A DNA stretch of 64,000 bases from positions 27,616 through 91,615 of the forward strand of contig JARRNT010000001.1 in NCBI GenBank assembly GCA_037384645.1. Direction: 5' to 3'. A program made the translations under genes and the position numbers. The notes beneath the pieces are model-generated. The model was not told the DNA's origin. It did not search any database and saw nothing but the letters and a program-made list of their open reading frames with translations. Of this stretch, positions 47,501 through 55,947 are shown in pieces. The first letter of the stretch is position 1. Every line of letters begins with the position of its first letter. Origin of the DNA: Gammaproteobacteria bacterium (GTDB lineage: Bacteria > Pseudomonadota > Gammaproteobacteria > UBA6429 > Thiohalophilaceae).

Positions 47501-48839
47501 GTTGCGTTCCCGACTTGAGGGCCTGGGCCCGATCACGGAGACCACGCTGGCAACACAATTTGACCTGCCCCTTACGCGGATTCAACAGGGATTGTTGCAA
47601 CTGGAGCAACAGGGCTTTGCCCTGCGCGGACAGTTCACCGACGAGACGGAGATACAATGGTGCGAACGCCGCCTGCTGGCGCGCATTCATCGTTACACTC
47701 TGCAGGACCTGCGCAAACAGGTCCGGCCTGCCAGCCCACAGGACTACATGCGATTTTTATTTCAGTGGCAACATCTCACCAACCCGGTTGCCGGCAGCGA
47801 GAGCCTGTCCAGCCTGCTGGCACAACTGGAAGGGGTCAGTCTGCCGGCCCAGTGCTGGGAACGCGATGTCCTGCCGGCACGCATGCAATTGTACCTGCCC
47901 CAATACCTGGATCAGTTGTGTAACACCGGTCGCGTGCACTGGCAGCGCCTGTCGCAACCGGCAGGCAGGCTGCGCTCGCAATCCGGGGTCCTGCGCCACA
48001 CCGCCATCGCCGTGTTACCCCGTCGACACCGTCTGCACTGGCAACCAGCTAGCACCGACACCCCGGAACTCAATCCACATGCCATGAAGGTCATGGCATT
48101 GCTGCAACAACAGGGCGCCAGTTTCTTCGATGAGTTACTGCAGCACAGCGGGCTGTTGCCCGTGCAACTGGAACAGGCCCTGGCCGAACTGGCGAGTCAC
48201 GGCCTCGTGACCTCGGATAATTTTGCCGGCCTGCGCGCCCTGATTGCCCCGCAACGCCGACAGCGTCACCGCCAGCGCCGGCGCAGCCTGTCACTGCTGG
48301 ATGAAGCCGGGCGCTGGTCACTGATTAACACCACGAGCCCGGCGGATAATCCCGATCGCGTCGAACATATCGCAAGGATATTGTTACAGCGTTACGGTGT
48401 CGTCCTGCGCAAACTGCTGGAGCGTGAGCAAAATTTGCCGAGTTGGCGCGAATTGCTATATGTGTTTCGCCGTCTCGAGGCCCGCGGCGAGATCCGTGGC
48501 GGTCGTTTTGTCAGCGGCTTCAGCGGAGAACAATTTGCCCTGCCCGAGGCCGTGGCCCCGCTACGCCAGATGCGCGATACACCGCTGGATGGAAAACTGC
48601 TGATCATCAGCGCGGTCGACCCGCTCAACCTGACCGGCATCATTACCCCGGGTGAACGTGTCCCGGCCAAGCATACCCGCCAGGTCATCTATCGCGACGG
48701 ACTGCCCGTGGCTTACAGTCACGCAGGTAAATTACACCTGCTTGGCGAGTTAAATGAAGCGCAGTTATTTTCCGCAACCCAGCTCATTCACCGCCGCCGA
48801 CACGCTGTCTCGTCCAGCAACAGCGAAATCCAGCACTAG
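44547..48839 (+). CDS. lhr: large ATP-dependent helicase Lhr (DEAD/DEAH superfamily 2)
   Basis: 'IAAPTGSGKTLAAFL' is motif I and 'VIVDEIHAL' is the DExH motif, followed by 'FVNTRR' and 'QRVGRSGH'. The approximately 1430-aa length, with a long C-terminal region, is like E. coli Lhr. Confidence 0.9.
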   Translation: MRKQSKTVTPPDTFHSVTTRWFSQQFAAASEVQVRAWKSIASGQSTLIAAPTGSGKTLAAFLAIIDQLIQEGLQSGLSDETRVLYISPLKALSNDVQKNLQLPLNGIRDELLHAGLPDVPINAWVRTGDTSQAERERMRRRPPHIIVTTPESLYLLLSAESGRQMLRNVRSVIVDEIHALAGNKRGAHLSLSLERLDQLCRNQQDRAPVRIGISATQKPIEAMAQFLMGTRTNQIDIIDSGHARERDLAIELPPSPVETVMANEVWDEVYNRLQQLIESHATTLIFVNTRRLAERAAHHLAERLGEDAVTSHHGSLSRKHRLRAEQQLKQGQLRALIATASLELGIDIGHVDLVCQLGSPRAIASFLQRVGRSGHRLNALPKGRLFPLSHNDLLECIALLDAIQRDELDHIRIPSQPLDVLAQQIVAEVASRDWRGRELYAAYKRAWPYRDLSEETFSRVVRMLSEGYSTRRGRRGAYLHRDIVNDQLRARRGARLVALTNGGAIPDQFDYDVILQPEGSFVGSLNEDFAFESLPGDIFQLGNTSYRIQKIEQGKVFVEDAHGQPPNIPFWFGEAPGRSDELSRAVSRLLQHSETVLNEGAEATQAWLQQDFALDPPAASQLATYLLSARAALGSLPSQDHIILERFFDEAGDMHLVIHSPFGSRLNRAWGLALRKRFCRQFNFELQAAATDNSIVLSLGPTHSFALDEVVQYLNSKSLRQVLIQALLDAPMFATRWRWNANISLAVPRNRNGRRIPAQFQRSDAEDLVALVFPDQLACLENIRGDREIPDHPLVQQTLHDCLYDNMDIEGLEKLYARIERGEVRISCCDLAGPSPLCGEILTARPYAFLDDGAAEERRTLNVKQARFADPQSASELGKLNPLAIAQIKQEAWPEARNTDELYDALVLLGFITDAEMHSQWYAFFQQLQQEQRAVQIKTPAQKLYISAERLQEVSTLYGIETPELTIPLIRQHAQLDAETALVNLLRSRLEGLGPITETTLATQFDLPLTRIQQGLLQLEQQGFALRGQFTDETEIQWCERRLLARIHRYTLQDLRKQVRPASPQDYMRFLFQWQHLTNPVAGSESLSSLLAQLEGVSLPAQCWERDVLPARMQLYLPQYLDQLCNTGRVHWQRLSQPAGRLRSQSGVLRHTAIAVLPRRHRLHWQPASTDTPELNPHAMKVMALLQQQGASFFDELLQHSGLLPVQLEQALAELASHGLVTSDNFAGLRALIAPQRRQRHRQRRRSLSLLDEAGRWSLINTTSPADNPDRVEHIARILLQRYGVVLRKLLEREQNLPSWRELLYVFRRLEARGEIRGGRFVSGFSGEQFALPEAVAPLRQMRDTPLDGKLLIISAVDPLNLTGIITPGERVPAKHTRQVIYRDGLPVAYSHAGKLHLLGELNEAQLFSATQLIHRRRHAVSSSNSEIQH

Positions 48840-48846
48840 CGCGTTC

Positions 48847-50013
48847 TCACTCCGCCGGTACCACAATCAATGGCACCTGCATTTCCTGCTCGGAGATACC
48901 GCCGTGCACGCCATGCTGAAAAAACGGCTTCTCGCCAGCCAGCCAGTCCTTGATGACATAATTCTCTTTCATGATCAGGGTATAGTCGCCAACCCGTTGC
49001 CCGAGCTGGGGATGGGCCTCGCCAAGGCCGAAAACGCCGCGGGCAATCAAATCCTCACTCGCGTGCAGCTCCATTTGTTCGGCGAAATTGTCCTGCACAT
49101 AGTCAACAAAGGTTCGGCTCTTGCTGGGATGAAGATAACAATAGGCGAGTCGCGGTTCACCGCTCAATGGCAGACTCAGGCAATCCTGTAACACCGGATG
49201 CTCGTGCAGATTTATGACCCGCTCGGGCCGGGTATCAATAAAACCGTGATCCGCAGTAATCAGGATCAGGCTGTTACTCCCGGCGAGAGATGCTGCAAAC
49301 CGGCCCAGGGCTGAATCGAGCTGGGCATAATGTTGCGCCACCTGTTGACTGCCATTACCAAACTGATGTGACAAGCGGTCGAACTCGGGCCAATAGGCGT
49401 AAATGTACTGGCGCTGGTCGTGGTGCAGGAGTTCACGCAGCTTTGTCAGCATGGATTCGAGGTCAGTGTAGCCGACACGTCTTGCCTGCCCGCTATGTGC
49501 CAGGTTAAACGGCGTCTCAATGATCCATTCCGGTGCTAGCACAATGCTCGGGCTGTGGAGCAAATCAAAAAACGGCGTGTGCCCGTAAAGTGAAGCAATA
49601 TCGATTCCCCGCGCTGGTAACGCTTCGTGGCTGCCGCGCAGCTGGCAGGGTAAAACGGCGGTGATCGCTCCGATCTCCTTGAGGTAGGTGAACCAGCCGG
49701 TAAGACCGTGTTGTTGCGGTGCGAGGCCGGTCATGAAGGTGGTAATAGCACTCGCCGTAGTGGTTGGGAAGACCGAGGTCAATTCGCCGACGCGGTGGGA
49801 GTGCAAAAAACCAGGCTGATTGTCTACATAGCGCGCCCCCAGGCCGTCGACGATAAACAGGACGACATGCTGATATTGCTCCAGCCGCGCCAGTGACGCA
49901 TGCGCCAGGGCCGGGTACGGGTGTTCATTCACACCATATGCCTGCCCGAGTCGCGACATCAGGTTCACGAGACTGCCGTGTTGATAATCCGGATAGGCCA
50001 CACATCTCTCCAT
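48847..50013 (-). CDS. alkaline-phosphatase-superfamily protein (nucleotide pyrophosphatase/phosphodiesterase-like)
   Basis: 'VVLFIVDGLGARY', 'SVFPTTTASAITTFMTG' and 'ILITADHGF' cover the metal-ligand Asp, the Thr nucleophile and the DHG motif. Confidence 0.75.
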   Translation of the reverse strand: MERCVAYPDYQHGSLVNLMSRLGQAYGVNEHPYPALAHASLARLEQYQHVVLFIVDGLGARYVDNQPGFLHSHRVGELTSVFPTTTASAITTFMTGLAPQQHGLTGWFTYLKEIGAITAVLPCQLRGSHEALPARGIDIASLYGHTPFFDLLHSPSIVLAPEWIIETPFNLAHSGQARRVGYTDLESMLTKLRELLHHDQRQYIYAYWPEFDRLSHQFGNGSQQVAQHYAQLDSALGRFAASLAGSNSLILITADHGFIDTRPERVINLHEHPVLQDCLSLPLSGEPRLAYCYLHPSKSRTFVDYVQDNFAEQMELHASEDLIARGVFGLGEAHPQLGQRVGDYTLIMKENYVIKDWLAGEKPFFQHGVHGGISEQEMQVPLIVVPAE

Positions 50014-50170
50014 AAATCGTTAATGGCATCCTAACAAAATGTCGTAGCACCAGATAGTTCCATTCAAATCAGTCAGTTAAAAATTTTCAGCGGTTCAGAC
50101 ACGATTCAGGCTACCCCCCCTACTATGCAGCCATGCAGGAGAAAACCTGCCTGACGACAGGAGATGACAA

Positions 50171-50536
50171 ATGAAAAATGCCAAACGTAACTGGATGCTC
50201 GTTCTGGGTCTGGCCGGGACACTCGCGCTGCCGGGACTGGCGATGGCGGACGGCTGGCGTCATGCACCGCAGAAATTTGCCGGTCAGCATTATCAGCAAC
50301 GCCACGACTGGCATGGCCATCATCGCGATCATCGTGACCACTACGCACGCCACAGAGATCGTGACCGCCACGAATGGCGTGAGCACCGTCGTTACCATCG
50401 CTATGACCGCGACGCGTATCGCCGGCATGAATGGCGTGAGCATGCACGCTATTATGGTCGCCCGATCTACCCTCGGGCTTACTGGTCAGGCTGGCTTGCC
50501 TTTCCATCGGTCGGGCTGATACTTAATGTCCACTAG
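50171..50536 (+). CDS. secreted His/Arg/Asp-rich repeat protein
   Basis: Signal peptide 'LGLAGTLALPGLAMA'. The mature region is 'HDWHGHHRDHRDHYARHRDRDRHEWREHRRYHRYDRDAYRRHEWREHARYY', with the unit RHEWREH(R/A)RY occurring twice. Confidence 0.55.
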   Translation: MKNAKRNWMLVLGLAGTLALPGLAMADGWRHAPQKFAGQHYQQRHDWHGHHRDHRDHYARHRDRDRHEWREHRRYHRYDRDAYRRHEWREHARYYGRPIYPRAYWSGWLAFPSVGLILNVH

Positions 50537-50638
50537 AGCCGGGTAGCAACTGCCGGGTCGCCCAGGCGGCCCGGCTCGATTTACCTGTACTGCCGGGCAT
50601 TGTATTCTTAGGACTGACGCATTACTCGAGTTAATTTT

Positions 50639-50899
50639 ATGTCACGAACATTTATCATGCTGAGCCTGGTCTGTACACTCTCGTGCAGCCCCATGTTCAG
50701 TCTCGCCGCCAAACCGACTGTCTCGAAACAACAGGCAGCTATCATTGCCAAATCGCGCTTTCAGGGGCGCGTTATCGCTATTGAAAAAAGCAAAAAAGAA
50801 AAAACTGTCGTTTACCGGGTCAAGGTACTGGACAAGAAAGGTGGTATGCATACTGTGGTGATTGATCACCAGACCGGCCATGTCATTACAGCTCACTGA
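50639..50899 (+). CDS. PepSY-domain periplasmic protein
   Basis: A signal peptide is followed by 'SKQQAAIIAKSRFQGRVIAIEK...VYRVKVLDKKGGMHTVVIDHQTGHV', which is the PepSY pattern. Confidence 0.7.
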   Translation: MSRTFIMLSLVCTLSCSPMFSLAAKPTVSKQQAAIIAKSRFQGRVIAIEKSKKEKTVVYRVKVLDKKGGMHTVVIDHQTGHVITAH

Positions 50900-50901
50900 T
50901 T

Positions 50902-51585
50902 ATGCGCATCCTGATTATTGAAGACGAAAACGATATTCGCGAACGCGTAGCCCAACAATTGCGCGCGGCGGATTACATGGTGGATGAAACCGGCGAAGGT
51001 GAAGAAGGCCTGTTTTTTGCGGAAGAATATCCCATCGACCTGGCCATAGTGGACCTGGGCCTGCCCGGTATGTCCGGGATCGATGTCATCAAAAAACTGC
51101 GTCAGGCCGGCAAGACACTGCCCATATTGATCCTGACAGCACGAGACCGCTGGCAGGACAAGGTCAATGGTCTTGAGGCCGGCGCAGACGACTATCTGGT
51201 CAAACCCTTTCAAATGGAAGAACTGCTGGCACGTATCAAGGCCCTGCTGCGCCGGTCCAGCGGTGCCACGCAGGACAATATTCAATGCGGGCCCATCGTC
51301 CTGACACTGGAGAGCCAGCAGGTTACCCTGCATGGTCAGTCCGTCGACCTGACCACTTTCGAATATCGCCTGCTCGAATACCTGATGCGCAACCATAACA
51401 AGGTTGTTTCCAAGGATACGCTGAACGATTATCTGTACCCTCACGACGAAGATCGTGACAGCAATGTTATCGAGGTCATCATGGGCAGGGTACGGCGCAA
51501 GCTGGATCCTGACAACACGCTCAAACCGATAGAGACTTTGCGCGGACGCGGTTATCGCTTTACGCTCTGCGACAAGCCGCAATGA
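50902..51585 (+). CDS. OmpR/PhoB-family response regulator
   Basis: Receiver 'ILIIEDE...DLAIVDLGLPGMSG...ILILTAR...GADDYLVKPF' plus a winged-helix output domain 'TTFEYRLLEYLM...IETLRGRGYRF'. Confidence 0.9.
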   Translation: MRILIIEDENDIRERVAQQLRAADYMVDETGEGEEGLFFAEEYPIDLAIVDLGLPGMSGIDVIKKLRQAGKTLPILILTARDRWQDKVNGLEAGADDYLVKPFQMEELLARIKALLRRSSGATQDNIQCGPIVLTLESQQVTLHGQSVDLTTFEYRLLEYLMRNHNKVVSKDTLNDYLYPHDEDRDSNVIEVIMGRVRRKLDPDNTLKPIETLRGRGYRFTLCDKPQ

Positions 51586-52774
51586 ATTCCCTGCGTTCAC
51601 GCCTGATCCTGGCGGCCAGCGTCGTGCTGGCCGTGTTTATTGTGATTGCCGGTTATACCCTGGACAAGGCTCCGGGCTTTATGCCATTATCGTCAATCAA
51701 AAAGGCAAGGTGTTATGGAAATCTCTGTCGACTGTCGGTGTGCGTATTCCCGCGCCACACGTATTAGCCGCCGGAAAGCAAACCCTGAAGCGAGTCAACA
51801 TCGGCTCGGACCAGTTCTACGTCAAGAGTTATGGCATCAACTGGTTTACCCAGAACAGTGAGGTGCCGTTGACTTTTAATGTCATCACCGACCTGCAGGA
51901 CTTTCACCAACAAATCCTCGGTTACCGCAAAACGCTCTGGGGCTGGCTGATTGCGTTGGCAGTCCTGTTGTTATTCGTGCAAGTCGCAATCCTGGTCTGG
52001 GGTCTTCGCCCCTTAGGTCGGGTCATCCGCGAAATCAATGCGATCGAAACCGGAAAGCAGGCACGTATTACTGCCAGTTATCCCCGCGAAATCCTGCGCC
52101 TGACCGACAATATCAATGACCTCATCGACTTTGAACATACCCAGCAAACCCGTTATCGCAATGCCCTCGCTGACCTCGCGCATAGCCTGAAGACGCCCCT
52201 GGCTGTGCTGAACGGTGCAGTGAATGACATCACGGATAGTGCAGCCCGCGAACAGCTAAGCGAACAAATACAACGCATGGATCACATCGTCGCACATCAG
52301 TTACAGCGTGCAGCCACGGCGGGTGGTTCACCGGCTCGCCAGTCCATTCCGCTGGCGCCGGTCATTAACAAGATCTGCCGCGCCCTCGACAAGGTCTATC
52401 AGGACAAACATATCCGCTTTGATTACACAATCGCCGAAGATATTGGTTTGCGGGTGGACGAAGGCGACCTCATGGAGGTGCTGGGCAATCTGCTGGACAA
52501 TGCCTGCAAATGGTGCCGGCAGCAGGTGCAGATCGAAACACGCATCGAACACACGCGCGCGCGTATCAGCATTGCTGACGATGGACCGGGTATCGAACAG
52601 GCCCAGGTTGACATGATCCTGCAACGCGGTGGACGGATTGATCAAAGCAAACCGGGACAGGGCATCGGTCTATCTGTGGTCGCAGATATTATTGAAGCCT
52701 ATAAGGGCCATATCACGGTAAGCAAAAGTCAGCTTGGCGGCGCCTGCTTCAGTTTTGATTTGCCTGCAGGCTAG
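51582..52774 (+). pseudogene. PhoQ-like sensor histidine kinase with broken reading frame (frameshift near 51668-51680)
   Basis: The start overlaps the regulator stop (ATGA). TM1 'MNSLRSRLILAASVVLAVFIVIAGYTLDKA' is in frame 0 and stops at 51767. The rest is in another frame: 'GSGLYAIIVNQKGKVLWKS...', TM2, HAMP, H-box 'LAHSLKTPL', 'LLDNACKW', 'DDGPGI' and 'GQGIGLS'. Confidence 0.6.
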
Positions 52775-52813
52775 GCGTAAGCTGTCCACGCACCTTAAAC
52801 AGGACCGCCAAAC

Positions 52814-53518
52814 ATGAACAGTATTCGCATCTTTCGCCATATCGACTGCGAAGGCCCGGCCTTTTTGCAGACGTTGCTGCAGGAAAAACAAATTCCATTC
52901 GAACTTGTCCGGATAGACGAGTTCGATGCCATCGACCCGCAGCTTGATAATATTGGTGGCCTGATTTTCATGGGCGGTTCCATGAGCGTGAATGACCCGC
53001 TCGACTGGATAACCGCGGAACTTGAGCTGATACGCAAGGCAGTAGCACAAAATATTCCGGTACTTGGGGTCTGCCTCGGTTGCCAGCTTCTCGTCAGGGC
53101 CCTCGGCGCACGTGTCTATCCCGGGCCCTGTATGGAGATCGGCTGGTACCCGGTCAACTGTGTTGCTGATCAGCAGCTGACTGCAGGGTTACCCACACAA
53201 ATGACCGCATTTCACTGGCATGGAGAAACCTTCGACCTGCCCGGCGAAGCCCAATTGTTGTTTTCCAGCGCCCGTTATCAGAATCAGGGCTTTGCCATCG
53301 GGCCGCACCTGGGCCTGCAGTTTCATGTCGAGATGGAGGCTGACCAGGTGCGCGAGTGGTTGCAGCGTAATCCTGCCGACCTGGAACGCCGTTGCGAGCA
53401 TGCACACGATGCGGAAGCAATCATGCAAACGCTGGACACGCGTATCGCCGAACTGCAGTCTGTCGCCCGTATCCTGTTTGACAACTGGTTACTTAACTGC
53501 CAGCTGGAACGGGTATAA
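52814..53518 (+). CDS. class-I glutamine amidotransferase-like protein
   Basis: 'PVLGVCLGCQLL' carries the nucleophile Cys, and 'FHWHGETF' and 'GLQFHVE' are also present. Confidence 0.8.
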   Translation: MNSIRIFRHIDCEGPAFLQTLLQEKQIPFELVRIDEFDAIDPQLDNIGGLIFMGGSMSVNDPLDWITAELELIRKAVAQNIPVLGVCLGCQLLVRALGARVYPGPCMEIGWYPVNCVADQQLTAGLPTQMTAFHWHGETFDLPGEAQLLFSSARYQNQGFAIGPHLGLQFHVEMEADQVREWLQRNPADLERRCEHAHDAEAIMQTLDTRIAELQSVARILFDNWLLNCQLERV

Positions 53519-53520
53519 AC

Positions 53521-54090
53521 ATGCCGTTACAGGCAATCATACTTGCCGCCGGTAGCAGCCGACGCTTTCCCGGTAATAAACTGCTACAGCAACTGCCCGG
53601 CCAGACTTGCCTGCTCGATAAAAGTTACCGGCTTGCCTCACACTTAACATCAGAGGTGTTATTGGTCATCAACGACGATCCGCGGCTGGCCGCATATTGT
53701 CAGGCGCAGGCTTATCCGTTCATTATCAATACCCAGGCGCACACCGGTATGGCCAGTAGTATTGTGACGGGCATCTCTGCAAGCCCGGAGGCAGAAGGCT
53801 GGGCCATTTTCCTTGCTGATATGCCCGGCATCAAATCTACAACACTGGCCCTGCTCGCCGACAGTTGGTCAGGACATGCCATCACCGTACCCACCTGGCA
53901 GGATAAAACCGGGCATCCAGTGATTTTTTCACACAGCTGCTACAGGCAACTGCTGCTGTTGCAGGGCGACCGCGGTGCGCGTAGTTTGTTACAGCATCAT
54001 CCTGACGTGCATCGAGTAAAAACTGATGATGCCGGTGTCTGTCTTGATATTGACACCGAGAAGGATTGGCAGGCATACCTGCAGCAATAA
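53521..54090 (+). CDS. MobA/MocA-like nucleotidyltransferase (molybdenum cofactor cytidylyl/guanylyl-transferase family)
   Basis: 'AIILAAGSSRRFPGNKLL' is the N-terminal NTP-transferase motif, and 'LADMPGI' is also present. Confidence 0.75.
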   Translation: MPLQAIILAAGSSRRFPGNKLLQQLPGQTCLLDKSYRLASHLTSEVLLVINDDPRLAAYCQAQAYPFIINTQAHTGMASSIVTGISASPEAEGWAIFLADMPGIKSTTLALLADSWSGHAITVPTWQDKTGHPVIFSHSCYRQLLLLQGDRGARSLLQHHPDVHRVKTDDAGVCLDIDTEKDWQAYLQQ

Positions 54091-54101
54091 GCGCGCACCG
54101 A

Positions 54102-55064
54102 TTAGAGACTGTTACGCAACATCAATTCTTCCGGATGGGGGTTCAGGTAAACCTGTTGCTGTATGTACTCGTCGGGATATCTACGCAGATAATGCTTGAG
54201 CAGCGTAATCGGTACGATCAGGGGAACCTGGCCCAGGCGATATTTTTCCAGGATATCAAGTAACTCCTGTTTGTCCTCGCTCGTCATCCCCTCTTTGACG
54301 TAACCCATAATATGCATCAGGACGTTGGTGTGCGTTTTACGGGTTGCTGGTTTGCACAGAGCCTGCATCAGGCGTCGAATGTAGTCTAGCGCCAGTTGTT
54401 CCAGATTTGCCTTGCCGGCGTCGGCAATCAGCCGGCCTAGCTCCCGGTAAACCGTTTCATCATGGGCCAGCAGGGTAAACTTGTGCTCGGTATGAAACTG
54501 GACCAGTCCCGCTGCCGTGATGCCGGTATGCTTAAACTGTTGCCAGCGATGATAGACGAACACGCGCTCGATAAAATTCTCGCGTAGCACCGGATCCATC
54601 AGCCGCCCTTCCTCTTCCACCGGCAATTCGGGCAATGCCTGCATGATCACATCCGCATAGGCTCCGCGCCCACTTGTCACCGGGTTACCGTTAGGATGAT
54701 AGACCTTGACCCGTTCCATGCCGCAACTGGGCGAAGACTTTTTAAAAATATAACCGCAGAAACCATCCAGTGCCGGGATGATACTTTGCGCATAGGCGCG
54801 TAAGCTGTCGGTAACATCCAGTTGCGGGTCCTTGCTGCCACGCACGCGTATCTCATCACCTACCTTGACAAGCTGGATACTCGGCCGCGGGATCCCCAGG
54901 CCAATCGCCACTTCCGGACAAAACGCGGTATATTCGAAATACTCTCCAAGGGTCCGGGTAATATAGGCATTGTGCTTATGCCCGCCATCATAGCGGACCT
55001 CCTGTCCCAGCAGGCAACTGCTGACAGCAATGGGAATTCTGTCCATTACGAAATCGCTAGTCAT
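54102..55064 (-). CDS. ybgA: YbgA-family protein (DUF523 + DUF1722)
   Basis: 'PIAVSSCLLGQEVRYDGGHK' belongs to DUF523 and the C-terminal 'YHRWQQFK...FHTEHKFTLLAHD' belongs to DUF1722. Confidence 0.8.
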   Translation of the reverse strand: MTSDFVMDRIPIAVSSCLLGQEVRYDGGHKHNAYITRTLGEYFEYTAFCPEVAIGLGIPRPSIQLVKVGDEIRVRGSKDPQLDVTDSLRAYAQSIIPALDGFCGYIFKKSSPSCGMERVKVYHPNGNPVTSGRGAYADVIMQALPELPVEEEGRLMDPVLRENFIERVFVYHRWQQFKHTGITAAGLVQFHTEHKFTLLAHDETVYRELGRLIADAGKANLEQLALDYIRRLMQALCKPATRKTHTNVLMHIMGYVKEGMTSEDKQELLDILEKYRLGQVPLIVPITLLKHYLRRYPDEYIQQQVYLNPHPEELMLRNSL

Positions 55065-55065
55065 T

Positions 55066-55590
55066 TCACGAGTTTGCTACATAGTTGTTTAATAAATACA
55101 AACCTACCAGGCTTTTGGCATCAATCAACTCTCCCTGAATAACCATATCCTCGATCTCATCCAGCCCCATCCAGTGAATTTCAATCAGTTCACCCTCTTC
55201 ATGCGCCGTTGCCCGGTAATTGAGTTCCCTGGCGAAATAGATATGTACCACTTCGGTCAGGATTCCCGGCGAGGTAACCGTCTTCCCCAGTCTATGCCAA
55301 GATTCCGCCTCGACGCCCGCCTCTTCCAGTAACTCACGCCGCGCAGTTAGTTCCGGTGGCTCTCCACTTTCGAGCTTACCCGCGGGAAATTCCCAGATCC
55401 AGCCTCCGGCCGCATGGCGGTACTGGCGAATCAGGCACAATCGCCCCCGTGGATCCTGGGCCAGAATGACGACACCGCCCGGGTGGCGCACGATTTCCAG
55501 CTCGATTTCCCGATCATTGGGTAAAATCACAGTTTCAAGATTGAGCTGAATAACCCTGCCACGATACAGCTGCTGTATTTTTTCCGTCAT
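55066..55590 (-). CDS. NUDIX hydrolase (ADP-ribose pyrophosphatase-like)
   Basis: The Nudix box is 'GKLESGEPPELTARRELLEEAGVE'. The start is placed at 'MTEKIQQLYRG' (55590). Confidence 0.8.
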   Translation of the reverse strand: MTEKIQQLYRGRVIQLNLETVILPNDREIELEIVRHPGGVVILAQDPRGRLCLIRQYRHAAGGWIWEFPAGKLESGEPPELTARRELLEEAGVEAESWHRLGKTVTSPGILTEVVHIYFARELNYRATAHEEGELIEIHWMGLDEIEDMVIQGELIDAKSLVGLYLLNNYVANS

Positions 55591-55947
55591 GTGAACTGAA
55601 CTCCCGGCTTGCACGCACGAACTTGTGATATTCTTAATAATATATGGATTGTAACGTGCACAGGTAACTTGATATATGGCAAAGCTGCCCTTGTCCAGAC
55701 CAGTTACGGATATACTCGAAATAGAATCCATGACAGTTCCCATAACACGGGGGACACGCTGTCAACGCTATCTCAACCACGGCAAGTTACAAATCTCCCG
55801 TCGTCAGCAATTTTGCTATCGCAAAACTCAAACCAGTCACGTCAAGGAAATCGCCTATATTCCACTCCAGGAGAACATTTACCATACGACGGTCTTTGTA
55901 ACTGGCAAGTAATCGGGCCACCACTTTTACCAGCATAATACGCACCG

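Noticed and set aside
44613-48688. Numerous 60-207-aa ORFs on both strands within lhr, for example 47464-48087
   Set aside because: They lie inside a continuous helicase ORF of about 1430 aa with motifs in order. Their translations are rich in Arg, Pro, Cys and Ala, as is typical of off-frame GC-rich sequence.
50537-50600. GC-rich palindrome GAGCCGGG...CCCGGCTC after the His-rich gene as a terminator
   Set aside because: The loop is about 26 nt and no T-run follows. The downstream PepSY and two-component genes look co-transcribed, so a terminator call is not justified.
50893-51600. 235-aa minus-strand ORF
   Set aside because: It is exactly antisense to the OmpR-type response regulator, which has all receiver and winged-helix motifs.
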